DNA from: an uncultured delta proteobacterium | GTDB taxonomy: Bacteria; Myxococcota; Kuafuiibacteriia; Kuafuiibacteriales; Kuafuiibacteriaceae | NCBI GenBank assembly: GCA_963803435.1 | Contig: CAWDML010000009.1 | Span: 512,001 to 576,000, forward strand | Length of the DNA stretch: 64,000 bases | Direction of reading: 5' to 3' | Shown: positions 49,222-59,274 of the stretch, in pieces | How positions within the stretch are numbered: position 1 is the stretch's first letter | How the letters are laid out: each line of letters begins with the position of its first letter | Notes under the pieces: generated by a model | What the model saw: only the letters and a program-made list of their open reading frames with translations | What the model was told of the DNA's origin: nothing | The model's database searches: none | Translations under genes and position numbers: made by a program

Positions 49222-50721
49222 GTGGTCGACGAGCGCCTCCCGCGACCGTTCGGCGGGTACGTTCTGTTCGAGGTCCTGGGTGCCGGGGGGGCCGGCGCGG
49301 TCTACGCGGCCCGCGCCCGTGACGCCAAGATCGCAGGTCCGGTCGTGATCAAGATCCTTCACCCGGCGGTGGCGGGGAGCTCGACCCAGCTGCTGAGGTT
49401 CCGCCAGGAGGCGGAGGTGGCGGTGAAGATCGACCATCCGAACGTGGTCCGCGTGCTCGACGCCGGCACCTGCGACGAGCAGCCCTACCTTGCGATGGAG
49501 TACGTGGTCGGTTGGACCTCAGCCGAGGTGATCCGGGCCTCGATCCGGTCGGGGCAGGGCTTGCCGATCGCGATCGCCGGCGGGATCGTGCGCCAGGCGC
49601 TCGCGGGTGTCGGTGCGATCCATGCGCTCGACCTGGTTCACCGTGATCTCTCGCCGAACAACGTCATGATCGACGCCGAGGGCGTGATCCGGCTGATCGA
49701 CCTCGGGCTGGCCAAGTCGCACCTGAGGGACTGGCAGACCAAGACCGGCACCACGATGGGCTCACCAGGGTACATCCCGCCGGAGCAGATCGCCGGGGAT
49801 CAGATCTCGGAGCGCGCCGACTTCTATCCGCTGGGGGTGCTCCTCTTCGAGCTGATCACGGCTCGGCGCATGATCCGCGGCAAGACGACGTTCGAGCTCC
49901 TCCGCGCCGCGCTGGAGTACGAGCACCGGTCCCTCACCGAGATCCGGCGCGACGTTCCGCCCGCGATCGACGAGGTTGTTCGTATCGCCACCGCCCGGGA
50001 TCCCGAGGATCGATTCTCGTCGGCCGCCGCCTTCGCCGCCGCCCTCGAGCGCGCGTGTCCAGATCTCGCGTTGCCGCAGGCGATCGAGCGGACGCTCTCC
50101 GCGCTGGTGGCGGAGCGCAAGGAGGAGCGCACGCGGCTGTTCGAGCTGAGCCGGACGTCCGTCCGACCGGAGCCGACCCGCACGGGGATGTATGTGGAGG
50201 CGACGCCTACGCCGCCCGCACGGGCCCGCGGGTTCGGGCCCGCCGCGATCGGGCTGGCCGTCGGGCTGATCCTCGGCGGCGGCGGCGTCGAGCTCTTTCA
50301 TGCGGCTGGGCCCCAGCCGATCGCCCTTAGGCCGCCCGAGGAGGTCCCGGCGCCGGTGATCGAGGCGCCGGAGGTCACCGCGGTCGCGAGCGAGCCGGTG
50401 CCGTCGGTTCGTGCCCGTGCGACCCGGCGGGTCCCACGCTCCCGCGCCGAGCGTCCGCCGCCTCCGCCCCCGCCCCCGCGCTCGCCCCCTGCCCGGGTCG
50501 AGGTCGCCCCGCCGCCGCCCCGGCCGCCGTCCCTCCTCGAACGCCGGACCGGGCTGACCCGACGGGCCGAGGCGCTGATCCGCGCGCATCCCGGTGATCG
50601 CGCGCTGCTCAAGGTGATCGCGGAGCTCGGCATGATCACGCCGTCGAGCGAGCCTGCGCGCGCGGAGGAGACGCTCGAGGGATGCGCGAAGACTCTCGAC
50701 GGGTACGGCCAGCCGCGCTGA
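49222..50721 (+). CDS. Ser/Thr protein kinase
   Basis: GAGGAG, VVIK, HRDLSPNN, DLG, GSPGYIPPE; TM segment; Pro-rich tail. Confidence 0.92.
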   Translation: MVDERLPRPFGGYVLFEVLGAGGAGAVYAARARDAKIAGPVVIKILHPAVAGSSTQLLRFRQEAEVAVKIDHPNVVRVLDAGTCDEQPYLAMEYVVGWTSAEVIRASIRSGQGLPIAIAGGIVRQALAGVGAIHALDLVHRDLSPNNVMIDAEGVIRLIDLGLAKSHLRDWQTKTGTTMGSPGYIPPEQIAGDQISERADFYPLGVLLFELITARRMIRGKTTFELLRAALEYEHRSLTEIRRDVPPAIDEVVRIATARDPEDRFSSAAAFAAALERACPDLALPQAIERTLSALVAERKEERTRLFELSRTSVRPEPTRTGMYVEATPTPPARARGFGPAAIGLAVGLILGGGGVELFHAAGPQPIALRPPEEVPAPVIEAPEVTAVASEPVPSVRARATRRVPRSRAERPPPPPPPPRSPPARVEVAPPPPRPPSLLERRTGLTRRAEALIRAHPGDRALLKVIAELGMITPSSEPARAEETLEGCAKTLDGYGQPR

Positions 50722-50723
50722 GC

Positions 50724-51552
50724 TCAGGGGCAGGGCGCTGTACAGGGCGGCCCGTTCGTCAGGCAGGTGCAGTGATCGCGGAGCAGCACGCCGGCCGTGA
50801 CGGCCGCGCCGATCGCGACTGCGCCGCCTACCGCGATCCAAAGCCATGGCGACTCGACCAGCGAGCCCTCGTCGATCTCCAGCGAGGCCTCGACGGTGCG
50901 CCCCGCCTCGATCGTCACGTCGGCCCCTGGAGATGTTCGCGCTCCGGCGGTGGCAAAGACGCGGTAGTGGCCGGGGGAGCAGGATCGGACGATCGGAGGC
51001 ACCGACGATCGAGGTGCCCTCGATCGAGACGAGCGCCTCCGGTGGCTCGGCGTGGACGAGGAGACGGCCGCCCTTCAGGAAGCCGGAGGCCTCGAGCACG
51101 TCGGTGGTCCCGGCCTCGATCGCGGCGGAGACTCCGGATCGATCGGGGATCGTCGAGAGGTGCTCGGCGAGCAAGGTGCGCGACCGGATCGAGACCAGAC
51201 TGATCGCCAGCACTTGCGGCTCGACCTCGAAGTTGAGCACCACCAGCAGCGCGAGGGTCGCCGTCGAGGAGCCAACGAAGAGCCCCTGGATGGAGTGTGC
51301 GATGCAGGTGATGTCGCTGGCGCACTCGCCTGCGCGCGCGGTCCGCTCGTCGGCGTCGGTGGAGTAGAAGTCATCGATCGACATCGGTGACACGCCGCTC
51401 CTGTACTCGCAGGCTCGCTGGACCGCCGTGAAGATCTCGGCCGTCGGCGCCTTCACGTGGGTCCGTGCGACGATCGGGAGGATCGCCATGGGTTCGGCGG
51501 CCGCGGCCTCCACCGGCACCAGCACGGCGACCACCAGCGCGATCCCTCGCAT
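50724..51552 (-). CDS. PEGA domain protein, frameshifted near 50975
   Basis: Signal peptide; GRLLVHAEPPEALVSIEG then PGHYRV...ESPWLWIAVGG in another frame. Confidence 0.75.
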
Positions 51553-51574
51553 CGGGTCGATGATAGCTCAGCGA

Positions 51575-53584
51575 CTACTCGAGCCGAACGTCGTCGATGA
51601 TCACGGTCTCGTCGCTCGCGGCTCGGCCCTCCCACACCAGGAGGAGCTGCGAGAGGCGATCGATGCGGACGCCTTGCTTCGTCGCGGCTTCCAGTGGGAG
51701 CTCGATCGTCGTCCAGTCGGTCCCGACCATCATGTCGTCGAAGCGCGCCTTCTTGACGCCGTCCCCGACCACCAGGGAGATGCGGCCGGCCTCGCCCTCG
51801 CGGCGCGCGGAGAGCTGGATTGCGCGGTGGCCCCGGGCGTCGAGACGTCCCAGGCCGAGGGAGGTGAGCGCATAGCCGTCGGGAGAGAGGTCGTGAACGT
51901 GGATACGTAGGCCGCGGCCGGTGTGACCGCCGGGTGCGAGCGCGCCTTCGATCTGTCCCTGCGAGGACTCGTACCCGATCGCGCCCGCGACGTCGGTGAG
52001 ATCGTCGCGCGAGAGATCGAAGCCGGCCAGGGCCACCGGAGCCTGGTCAGCGGCGAAACGGATGTAGTCGAGCTCGAGGGTGGCGGGGGTCTCGCGTCCG
52101 AAGAGCGTGAGGGTCAGCTTCTCCGGCGGCGCCGCCTGGAACGCGGACATCGGGATCGAGACCGTGCGCCACTCGTCCCCGAGCTGGGGCGCATAGGCCC
52201 GGAGCTCGAGCCGGGCGGCGGCGCCCTTCTGATCGGTCGTGGAGATGGTGACGGCGCCGGTGGACGCGTCGCCGCGCAGGCGGAGCTCGAGCGTCGGCAG
52301 GTCGCGCGGAAGCGGTGTGGCCAGGTGAACGTCCACGCCGGCGTACTCGGTCCTCGCCGCCGCCGGGACGCCGAGTCGAAGCGCGCCCTCCCGCTGCTCG
52401 AAGGTCATCCGGCGATCGATCTCCTCGCTGGAGGCGAACGGCTTCACCAGCTCGCGCTGGGCGGTGACGTTGGCGCTGGACTCGAAATCGTCGATCAGGA
52501 GCGACTCGCCGGCCCTGGGCGGCCGCAGATAATATGTATGGGGAGCATCCGGTGGATCGCAGACCGTCGCCTGCTCGTGGCGGTGGCAGAGCCACACCTT
52601 CTGCGTGATGGGGTCGCCGATCTCGACCGGGTTCTTCTTCACGTCGATGGTGGCAACGGCAGCATCGGTTGCGAAGAACAGCTGTCGGTCGCTGCGGGGC
52701 GGGCCTGCCAGCAGCACCCGCGCCCCGTGGGGCGTCGCGTCGATCCGCTGGATGTGCGGACCCACGTCGCCGAGACCCAGAAAGCCCACCGTGATCGAGG
52801 AGGTGTCGGTCGGCGTCAGCGCGGTGGAGATCGCGATCGAGTGCATCGACGGCGGCGCCGAGCGGCCGCCCTGTCGCGGGCGGAAGGCCGCGAGCGGGAT
52901 CTCGAAGCGACGGAAGTCGGGATCGAGCACCAGCTCGTAGTCGCGGTACTGGAGCTGGTCCTTGACGCGGGTCGCCACGGTCACGCGCACCGGGCCGACC
53001 GAGCCCTTGGCGATCAGGACCAGCGCGCTGTGACCTTGCGGCCGGATCCCGTCGCTCTCGGAGTAGCCCAGCGTCCGCTCGACGGTGAGGCGCTTCCTGT
53101 CCGGGTTCGCGAGCACCGCCGCGGCAAAGCCGTGCGTCAGCACGACGTCCCCGGAGCACACGAGCTCGAAGGGGGTCCGGATGCCGCCCCGGTTTCGCTC
53201 GATCTCGATCCCTTCGGGGCCTGCCGCCCAGGCGCCGCGGTTCGCCCACAGCGTGATCTCGTGCCCGTTTCGTTTGAAACGAACGCGATGGCCGCTCGCC
53301 CGGCCGACCTCGAGCTCGACCAGGTTCTGGCCCTTCACCAGCTGGACGGTCTTCCGCGCGGTGGCGGCCTCGGGGCGGCCGTCGGAGTGGACGGCCTGGA
53401 AGGTGAAGGTGACCTCCTCCGGCTCGGGGGCGAACAGCGAGACGACCAGGACGTCGCCGCGGTACCCATAGCCGGGCAGGTAGGCCGCTTCGGCCCGGGC
53501 GATCAGCGCAAAAGCCGCCGCCACCACGAAAACCGCCGCGCGCATCCTCCATTTTGGTCTAGGGGCTCCGACCTGGGAACGCAA
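51575..53584 (-). CDS. Secreted protein with carbohydrate-binding (CBM11/CIA30-like) repeats
   Basis: Repeated W/F-x-x-x-x-IP-x-x-AF, LIDDFE and IDDVRL motifs; start probably about 33 nt downstream. Confidence 0.7.
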   Translation of the reverse strand: MRSQVGAPRPKWRMRAAVFVVAAAFALIARAEAAYLPGYGYRGDVLVVSLFAPEPEEVTFTFQAVHSDGRPEAATARKTVQLVKGQNLVELEVGRASGHRVRFKRNGHEITLWANRGAWAAGPEGIEIERNRGGIRTPFELVCSGDVVLTHGFAAAVLANPDRKRLTVERTLGYSESDGIRPQGHSALVLIAKGSVGPVRVTVATRVKDQLQYRDYELVLDPDFRRFEIPLAAFRPRQGGRSAPPSMHSIAISTALTPTDTSSITVGFLGLGDVGPHIQRIDATPHGARVLLAGPPRSDRQLFFATDAAVATIDVKKNPVEIGDPITQKVWLCHRHEQATVCDPPDAPHTYYLRPPRAGESLLIDDFESSANVTAQRELVKPFASSEEIDRRMTFEQREGALRLGVPAAARTEYAGVDVHLATPLPRDLPTLELRLRGDASTGAVTISTTDQKGAAARLELRAYAPQLGDEWRTVSIPMSAFQAAPPEKLTLTLFGRETPATLELDYIRFAADQAPVALAGFDLSRDDLTDVAGAIGYESSQGQIEGALAPGGHTGRGLRIHVHDLSPDGYALTSLGLGRLDARGHRAIQLSARREGEAGRISLVVGDGVKKARFDDMMVGTDWTTIELPLEAATKQGVRIDRLSQLLLVWEGRAASDETVIIDDVRLE

Positions 53585-53694
53585 GCCGGCTTGCTGGCCG
53601 GGATCCCTGACCTCGCTGTCACACTCTTGGCGCGCGCGCCCGCGCGGGAAGGAGCCCGTTGCTCCGGCACGCCGTATGCCAGGCGAGACCGGTC

Positions 53695-54111
53695 ATGACA
53701 CCAATACGCCTGTCCCAGTCCGTCCTCACGCTCGCGCTGCTCGCGCTCGCCGCTGCCGCCTGCGGGCCCGAGGCTCCCTACGATCTCGAGATCCGCGGAA
53801 AGGCGCTGACGATCGGGCGCTCGCTCCACGTCGGTGTCGCCGAGGCCGACGGCGACGTCTTGATCGCCAACGAGTGGTTTCCCGTCAACGACGACACCCT
53901 CCACGTGGTCTACGGCAGCCTGCTGGCCGAGACGGTGGCTTATCGCATGGATCTGTACCTCGACGTCGACGACGACGGTGCGTGCGACGCGCCGCCGACG
54001 GACCGCGCCTGGCGGACCGAGGTCGGCCCGGTCCAGGGGACGGTCGTCGTCGATCTCGGCGGGCTCGAGCAGGACGCGTCGGCGTGCGACTTCTTCAGCG
54101 CTGAACGTTAG
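53695..54111 (+). CDS. Small lipoprotein
   Basis: AAAC lipobox; DVDDDGACD EF-hand-like loop. Confidence 0.7.
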   Translation: MTPIRLSQSVLTLALLALAAAACGPEAPYDLEIRGKALTIGRSLHVGVAEADGDVLIANEWFPVNDDTLHVVYGSLLAETVAYRMDLYLDVDDDGACDAPPTDRAWRTEVGPVQGTVVVDLGGLEQDASACDFFSAER

Positions 54112-55817
54112 AAGCTGTAGCGCGCGCGAAACCAGATCTCGTTCCCGCCGGCGGCCGGATCGCCGAACTTCGTGTAGTCCTTCCCCAAGAACACCAGGCC
54201 CCCGAGGCCCAGCTCGAGCCCGTAGCCGAGGTTGTAGTCGAGCTCGGGAAAGACCACGGCCGAGTAGCCCTCCTTCGAGAAGGGCGAGAACTTGGTGCGT
54301 ACGCGGCGTCCCTGCGACATGCTCCAGCGCTCCTGCACGTAGCCGGTGAGTTCGAGGATCCCGAAGAGCCGCAGGAGCAGGTCGCCGGAGAGGAAGTGAA
54401 GGTCGACGCCCAGAACCAGATAGTCTCCGAGCGTGTTGCGCAGGATCTCCACCGGGCACTGCTCCACCGGACGTTGATCGATCGGGAGCAGCGGGTTGGC
54501 GCACTCGATCGGATTGATCCCGGCCCCGACACCGCCCTGGCGGACGCGCTGGCCCTTGGTGATCCAGTCGCCGGCGCCGCTCTCGTCGACCAGGCCGTGC
54601 ACCCACTGGACGTTCACGTAGACGTACTCGTTGAAGGTGTAGTCGAGGCCGAGTGTCCACTTGGCGTACGGCGTGTCGTCGAGGACCAGCGGGGCGTCCC
54701 CCCCGAGCCCGTAGTCATACTCGCCGTCGATCGTCTGACCCGCGATCATGATGTTGTCTTGGAACATCCGGATCCGCTGCTTCCGCGGGAAGAAGACGCC
54801 GAGCTCGAGGCGGTAGCCGATCGGTAGGCCCGGGAACTCGCCCGCCAGGTTGAGACCGGCCACCTGGATCTTGGGATAGCCGACCACCACGTCGGTCGCG
54901 AGGAGGCCCTGGATGCAGTCCTCCGGGTTGTCCGGGTTGCAGCGCATCTCCATCGTCTGATGCGTGTCGTTCCGGAGCGCCTGAGGGAAGTCGTCGCGGC
55001 CGAAGTAGTAGCTGAGCGCCACGTCCTGCTCGAAGATGCTGGTCGCGAACCGCAGCATGTATTGCATGTTGTGAAAGTCGGTCTTGGGGAGCTCGACCTT
55101 CACGTCCTCGACCACCGTCGGATAGCCCATGTCACGTGCGACCGCGGCCTCCGAGTGGATGCGCCAGCGCAGGCGATCGTCGAGGTGCGGGAGGCGATCG
55201 ACGCGGGCGATCGCGAGCGGCGCCGAGACCGGGAGCAGCGCCGGGCGAAAGATGGGCACGAGCACCCCGGAGAGCGTGAACCAGTCCTCGAGAGAGTAGT
55301 CGAGCCGCGCCATCAGGTTCGCCTGCTGATCGCCGAAGAGCAGGCGATCCTCCACGTCGTCGGCGTTCAGCGTGTTGGTCGGGTTGAACTGATCGCCGAC
55401 GCCCCAGGCGACGATCTGCTGGCCGATGCGAAGATCCAGACCCTCGAGCAGATCCTTCGCCTCGAGATACGCCGAGTGAGCCTCGATCCGCACGCGCTCG
55501 ACCTTGGAGCGATCGGAGAGATCCGACAGCGACTCGACGCCGGTCGAGAAGCCCAGCCAGACCAGGTCGACGTCGACGACCCCGCTGAAGCGCTCGATGC
55601 CGGCCAGCGCCTTCAGCTTGAGGATGTGCTCGTTGCGCGAGACGCCGTCCTCGAGCTCGCGGCGGTCGTACCAGTCGCCGACCCCGATCGTCGCGGGCCG
55701 GTACCGGATGTTCGATTGGATCGCGCCGCCAAGGTCCAGGTGGAGGCCCTCCTCCTCGGCGCGGGCAGTCCCCGCGGCGCCGGCAATGAAGAGGACGATC
55801 CCGATCCGCGCGTACAC
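54108..55817 (-). CDS. Outer membrane beta-barrel protein (DUF1302-like)
   Basis: DLRIGQQIVAWG..NPTN, C-terminal FRARYSF BAM signal. Confidence 0.8.
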   Translation of the reverse strand: MYARIGIVLFIAGAAGTARAEEEGLHLDLGGAIQSNIRYRPATIGVGDWYDRRELEDGVSRNEHILKLKALAGIERFSGVVDVDLVWLGFSTGVESLSDLSDRSKVERVRIEAHSAYLEAKDLLEGLDLRIGQQIVAWGVGDQFNPTNTLNADDVEDRLLFGDQQANLMARLDYSLEDWFTLSGVLVPIFRPALLPVSAPLAIARVDRLPHLDDRLRWRIHSEAAVARDMGYPTVVEDVKVELPKTDFHNMQYMLRFATSIFEQDVALSYYFGRDDFPQALRNDTHQTMEMRCNPDNPEDCIQGLLATDVVVGYPKIQVAGLNLAGEFPGLPIGYRLELGVFFPRKQRIRMFQDNIMIAGQTIDGEYDYGLGGDAPLVLDDTPYAKWTLGLDYTFNEYVYVNVQWVHGLVDESGAGDWITKGQRVRQGGVGAGINPIECANPLLPIDQRPVEQCPVEILRNTLGDYLVLGVDLHFLSGDLLLRLFGILELTGYVQERWSMSQGRRVRTKFSPFSKEGYSAVVFPELDYNLGYGLELGLGGLVFLGKDYTKFGDPAAGGNEIWFRARYSF

Positions 55818-55826
55818 GAGCCAGTG

Positions 55827-56702
55827 CTAGGGCACGGCCTCCCAAATGTCGACTTTCTCGACGCGGAGCTTGGTCGGATCGAGCTCCCGGATGAACGCCT
55901 GATCCATCAGCGGGATCGGGCCCTGGTGGGCGATCATCAGGAACGACAGCTCCTTGAGCTCCGCGGCCAGCCCGCCCAGGAGCCGGTGCTCGCCGGGGTG
56001 GAGGGCCTCGCCGTGCGCCAGGCAGCGAACGATACAACGCCCGGCGTCCACCACGTCGATCACGGCGTCGACCCGTCCGGCGTGGGAGCCCATCTCGAGG
56101 ACCTCGCCGACACTGGCGAGCGTGGAGCCGGGCAGCAGCTCGTCGAGGATGCGCCGGAGCGCGCACAGCTTGTAGGAGAACAGGCGCAGCTCGGCGTCCG
56201 TCTTCGCCTGCGCCATGGCGTCGAACAGCGACGGCGCGCCCTCGGCCGGGTCGTTGTAGGCCGAGCGCAGGAAGCCGGGCTCCGGGTCGTCGCCGGGGAC
56301 GAGGAGCTCGTCGAGGTCGGCGCCGAAGATGTCGAAGGCCACGCCGAGCTCGTGGAGGATCGCGCGCTGCGCCTCGCCGAGGGCGCGCCGGGAGATCGCG
56401 ATCTTCGCGGCGAGCGCCAGCGTGGATCGCCGCAGGAAGGGATCGGGCAGCTCGCTGGAGAGCGCCGCGCGCGCGTCGCTGAAGAGCGGAGCGTCGAGGG
56501 CGAGCTCGTCGGCCCGCGCCAGCACCCACTCCCACGACACGCCGGAGAACTCGGAGTTGCTCTGGAGGGCCCGGGCGATCCGGTCGAGCGTCTCCTGGGT
56601 GAGGGTGCCCTCCGACGCGAGCGCGGACATCAGGATGACGTCGACCATCCGCTTTTGCTGGTTCGAGCCGCCCGCGAGGAACGACAGGAGCCGGCCGGGC
56701 AT
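55827..56702 (-). CDS. TerB-like domain protein
   Basis: Helical N-terminus with ILHELGVAFDI TerB-like end; C-terminal alpha/beta domain. Confidence 0.6.
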   Translation of the reverse strand: MPGRLLSFLAGGSNQQKRMVDVILMSALASEGTLTQETLDRIARALQSNSEFSGVSWEWVLARADELALDAPLFSDARAALSSELPDPFLRRSTLALAAKIAISRRALGEAQRAILHELGVAFDIFGADLDELLVPGDDPEPGFLRSAYNDPAEGAPSLFDAMAQAKTDAELRLFSYKLCALRRILDELLPGSTLASVGEVLEMGSHAGRVDAVIDVVDAGRCIVRCLAHGEALHPGEHRLLGGLAAELKELSFLMIAHQGPIPLMDQAFIRELDPTKLRVEKVDIWEAVP

Positions 56703-56738
56703 CGGTCGACGATACAACCTGGGTCCGGCGGGTGGTAG

Positions 56739-57269
56739 ATGTTCGGGTGCGTGCAGGTCGAAGACGCGCTGCTCGATCTGATCGGCCGTCGGTGCTTCTC
56801 CGCGATCACCGGATCGGAGGGGGAGTTCGCGTTCGCGCTCCACCTCGGGGCGCAGCAGCGCCGGCAGCTGCGGCTCGCGAATCCACGCCTCTCGTTTCTC
56901 CAGCGGACGTTCGAGGGCTCGCACATGGTGGTGGTCGAGTGCACGTGGCGGATCGACGGGCCCGACGCCGTCATCGCCTCCTGCTTCGACCGGGCGAAAC
57001 CCGCCGGACCGCGGGACGATGCGGTCGAGGCGCTGGTCGAGCGGACGGTGGTGGGGGTGCAGCTGATGCGGCCCGGGTTGGATTTGGAGGTTCGCTTCGA
57101 GGGCGGCCACACGCTCCACTGCTTCGCCACCGAGGTGTCGCTGGAGAACAAGGCCACGCGCAACAACTGGACCTACTCGTCGCCGTTCGGGACGGTGACC
57201 GTGGGCCCCCGGAGCCGGCTCACCTTCGATCATGCACGGCCGGTCCCGGCGCCGACCGACGACGACTGA
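56739..57269 (+). CDS. Hypothetical protein
   Basis: 176-aa ORF; VECTWRID and DLEVRFEGG motifs. Confidence 0.65.
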   Translation: MFGCVQVEDALLDLIGRRCFSAITGSEGEFAFALHLGAQQRRQLRLANPRLSFLQRTFEGSHMVVVECTWRIDGPDAVIASCFDRAKPAGPRDDAVEALVERTVVGVQLMRPGLDLEVRFEGGHTLHCFATEVSLENKATRNNWTYSSPFGTVTVGPRSRLTFDHARPVPAPTDDD

Positions 57270-57310
57270 GCGCTTTGCAGGCCGGGCCGTTTGGGGTAAC
57301 CGCACCACCG

Positions 57311-58228
57311 GTGGCCAGGAAGAAGAACAGGGCCGGAAAGGACCTCTCGGAGGTCGCCGATCTCGGCAAGGCGCGCAACGACGCGCTGGCGGCGGCGCGC
57401 GGACAGATCCGCACCATCGCCAAGGTGGCGATCGGCGTGGTGGTGGTCCTCTGGCTGCTGGCGGCCGGGTTCGGCAGCGGGCTCGAGACGCGGGTCCCTT
57501 ACTACATCGCCCTCGCGATCACCGGCGCGATCGGCGTGGGCGCTTTTTTCGTCCGCCGCAACCTGGGCAAGTCCGAGGCGCTCGGGCAGCTGATCGCCGA
57601 GGGCATGGATTTGTCGCCCGACGAGCGCGCCTCCCGGATCGCCAAGCTCGCGCCCCAGGTCGACAAGGGCGACATCGGCTCGATCATCGCCAAGGCGCAG
57701 CTCCAGATGCACGACTCCCCCCGCGAGGCCCTCGAGACCCTGGAGAAGGTCAACCTCGAGAAGGCCGCCAAGGTGATGGCGAATCAGGTCCGCGGGATGC
57801 GCGGCATGATCCACCTGAACCTCGGCGAGGTGAAGGCGGCGCGCGAGCTCTCCGACACCATCCCGCTCGACAAGACGCCCGACCTCAAATCGCGCGCCAA
57901 CCTGGCCGGCATCGTGGCGGAAGCCTGGGCCCGCTCGGGCAACCCGATTGAGGCCGCCGAGCTGCTCGACAAGTACGACACCGAGGACAAGGACTTCCAG
58001 GACGTGAAGGTGCAGCTCCTCCGCGCGCGCGCGTTCGCCTCGGCGCACCAGAACAAGCTCGACCGCATGCGGAAGGCGCTCAAGCAGCTGGAGGAGCTGT
58101 CGCCGCAGCTCCTCGCGGTCTTCGTGGGGCAGAAGCGGGTCCACCCGCTGCTTTCGCAGGAGGCGAAGAAGCGGCTGGAGAAGAGCGGCCTGATGCCGAA
58201 GACCAAGATCCAGGGGGCGCGCCGCTGA
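57311..58228 (+). CDS. Two-TM membrane protein with TPR-like cytoplasmic domain
   Basis: Two hydrophobic segments then helical repeats; coupled to holA. Confidence 0.75.
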   Translation: MARKKNRAGKDLSEVADLGKARNDALAAARGQIRTIAKVAIGVVVVLWLLAAGFGSGLETRVPYYIALAITGAIGVGAFFVRRNLGKSEALGQLIAEGMDLSPDERASRIAKLAPQVDKGDIGSIIAKAQLQMHDSPREALETLEKVNLEKAAKVMANQVRGMRGMIHLNLGEVKAARELSDTIPLDKTPDLKSRANLAGIVAEAWARSGNPIEAAELLDKYDTEDKDFQDVKVQLLRARAFASAHQNKLDRMRKALKQLEELSPQLLAVFVGQKRVHPLLSQEAKKRLEKSGLMPKTKIQGARR

Positions 58229-59226
58229 TGGCCGGACGCGATCCGCTCGCTGATCTGCAGAAGAACGGACCCAAGCCGATCTACGTGGTGGACGGCGCGG
58301 AGCGGGCCCTGGTCGACGACGCCGTTCGCGCCATCAAGGCCGCCTCGTTGCCGGCGACGGCCCGCGACTTCAACTACGACGTCTTCTCCGCGAAGGACGC
58401 GCCCGCGATCCGGATCGTCGAGGCCGCCGAGACGCTGCCCGCGTTTGCGGCGCGCCGGCTGGTGGTCGTCGAGCACGCGGAGAAGATCGACGGCGAGAAC
58501 GCCGATGCGCTCATCGGCTACGTGGAGAATCCGAACCCGCACTCGGTGTTGCTGCTGGTCGCGGATCGCTTCGACGCGCGCACTCGCTTGTACAAGACCT
58601 TCAAGAAGTCGGCGGTGGTGCTCCGGTTCGACAACCCCAAGCTGGGAGAGATGCCGTCTATCGTGCGGGCGCGCGCCGAGCGGATCGGCGTCGCCATCGA
58701 GGGCCTCGCGATCCGGGCGCTGGTCGACGCGGTGGGGGCCGACGCCACCGCCGCCTGGCAGGCGCTGGAGCTGCTCTCGCTCTACGTGGGACCGGACAGC
58801 GGGCGGCCCATCCGGCTGGCCGACGTCGAGGCGGTGGTCACCTCGACCAAGGAGGAGTCGATCTTTGCGCTGGTCGACGCGATCGGCTCGGGGGATCGGG
58901 CGGCTGTGCTCGAGGGCCTCCACAAGATGCTCACCGAGTCGCGCGAGCCGCCGCTACGCCTGCTGGCGATGGTGGTCCGCCACTACCGGAACCTCTCCAA
59001 GGTACGGGCGGCGCTGGACGACGGCGCCTCGCGGGGCGAGATCCAGGGGCTCGCGGGCGTGCCGCCGTTCATCGTCGACAACCTGATCAAGCAGGCGCGC
59101 CGCCTGCCGCTGTCCGCATTGTGCCGCGGCGTGGTCGCGTGTGGAGAGGCGGACCGCGAGCTCAAGGGCGGCCCGCTCCACGACACCCGCGCGATGGAGC
59201 GCCTGGCGCTGCGTTTGATGCAATAG
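58228..59226 (+). CDS. holA: DNA polymerase III delta subunit
   Basis: PIYVVDG.E, DFNYDVF, ETLPAFAARRLVVV, SIFALVDAI, ADRELKGG. Confidence 0.92.
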   Translation: MAGRDPLADLQKNGPKPIYVVDGAERALVDDAVRAIKAASLPATARDFNYDVFSAKDAPAIRIVEAAETLPAFAARRLVVVEHAEKIDGENADALIGYVENPNPHSVLLLVADRFDARTRLYKTFKKSAVVLRFDNPKLGEMPSIVRARAERIGVAIEGLAIRALVDAVGADATAAWQALELLSLYVGPDSGRPIRLADVEAVVTSTKEESIFALVDAIGSGDRAAVLEGLHKMLTESREPPLRLLAMVVRHYRNLSKVRAALDDGASRGEIQGLAGVPPFIVDNLIKQARRLPLSALCRGVVACGEADRELKGGPLHDTRAMERLALRLMQ

Positions 59227-59274
59227 CGCGGCCCGTCTGGGCACTCCGGCGGGACGCATGTTAGCGTTTCGACA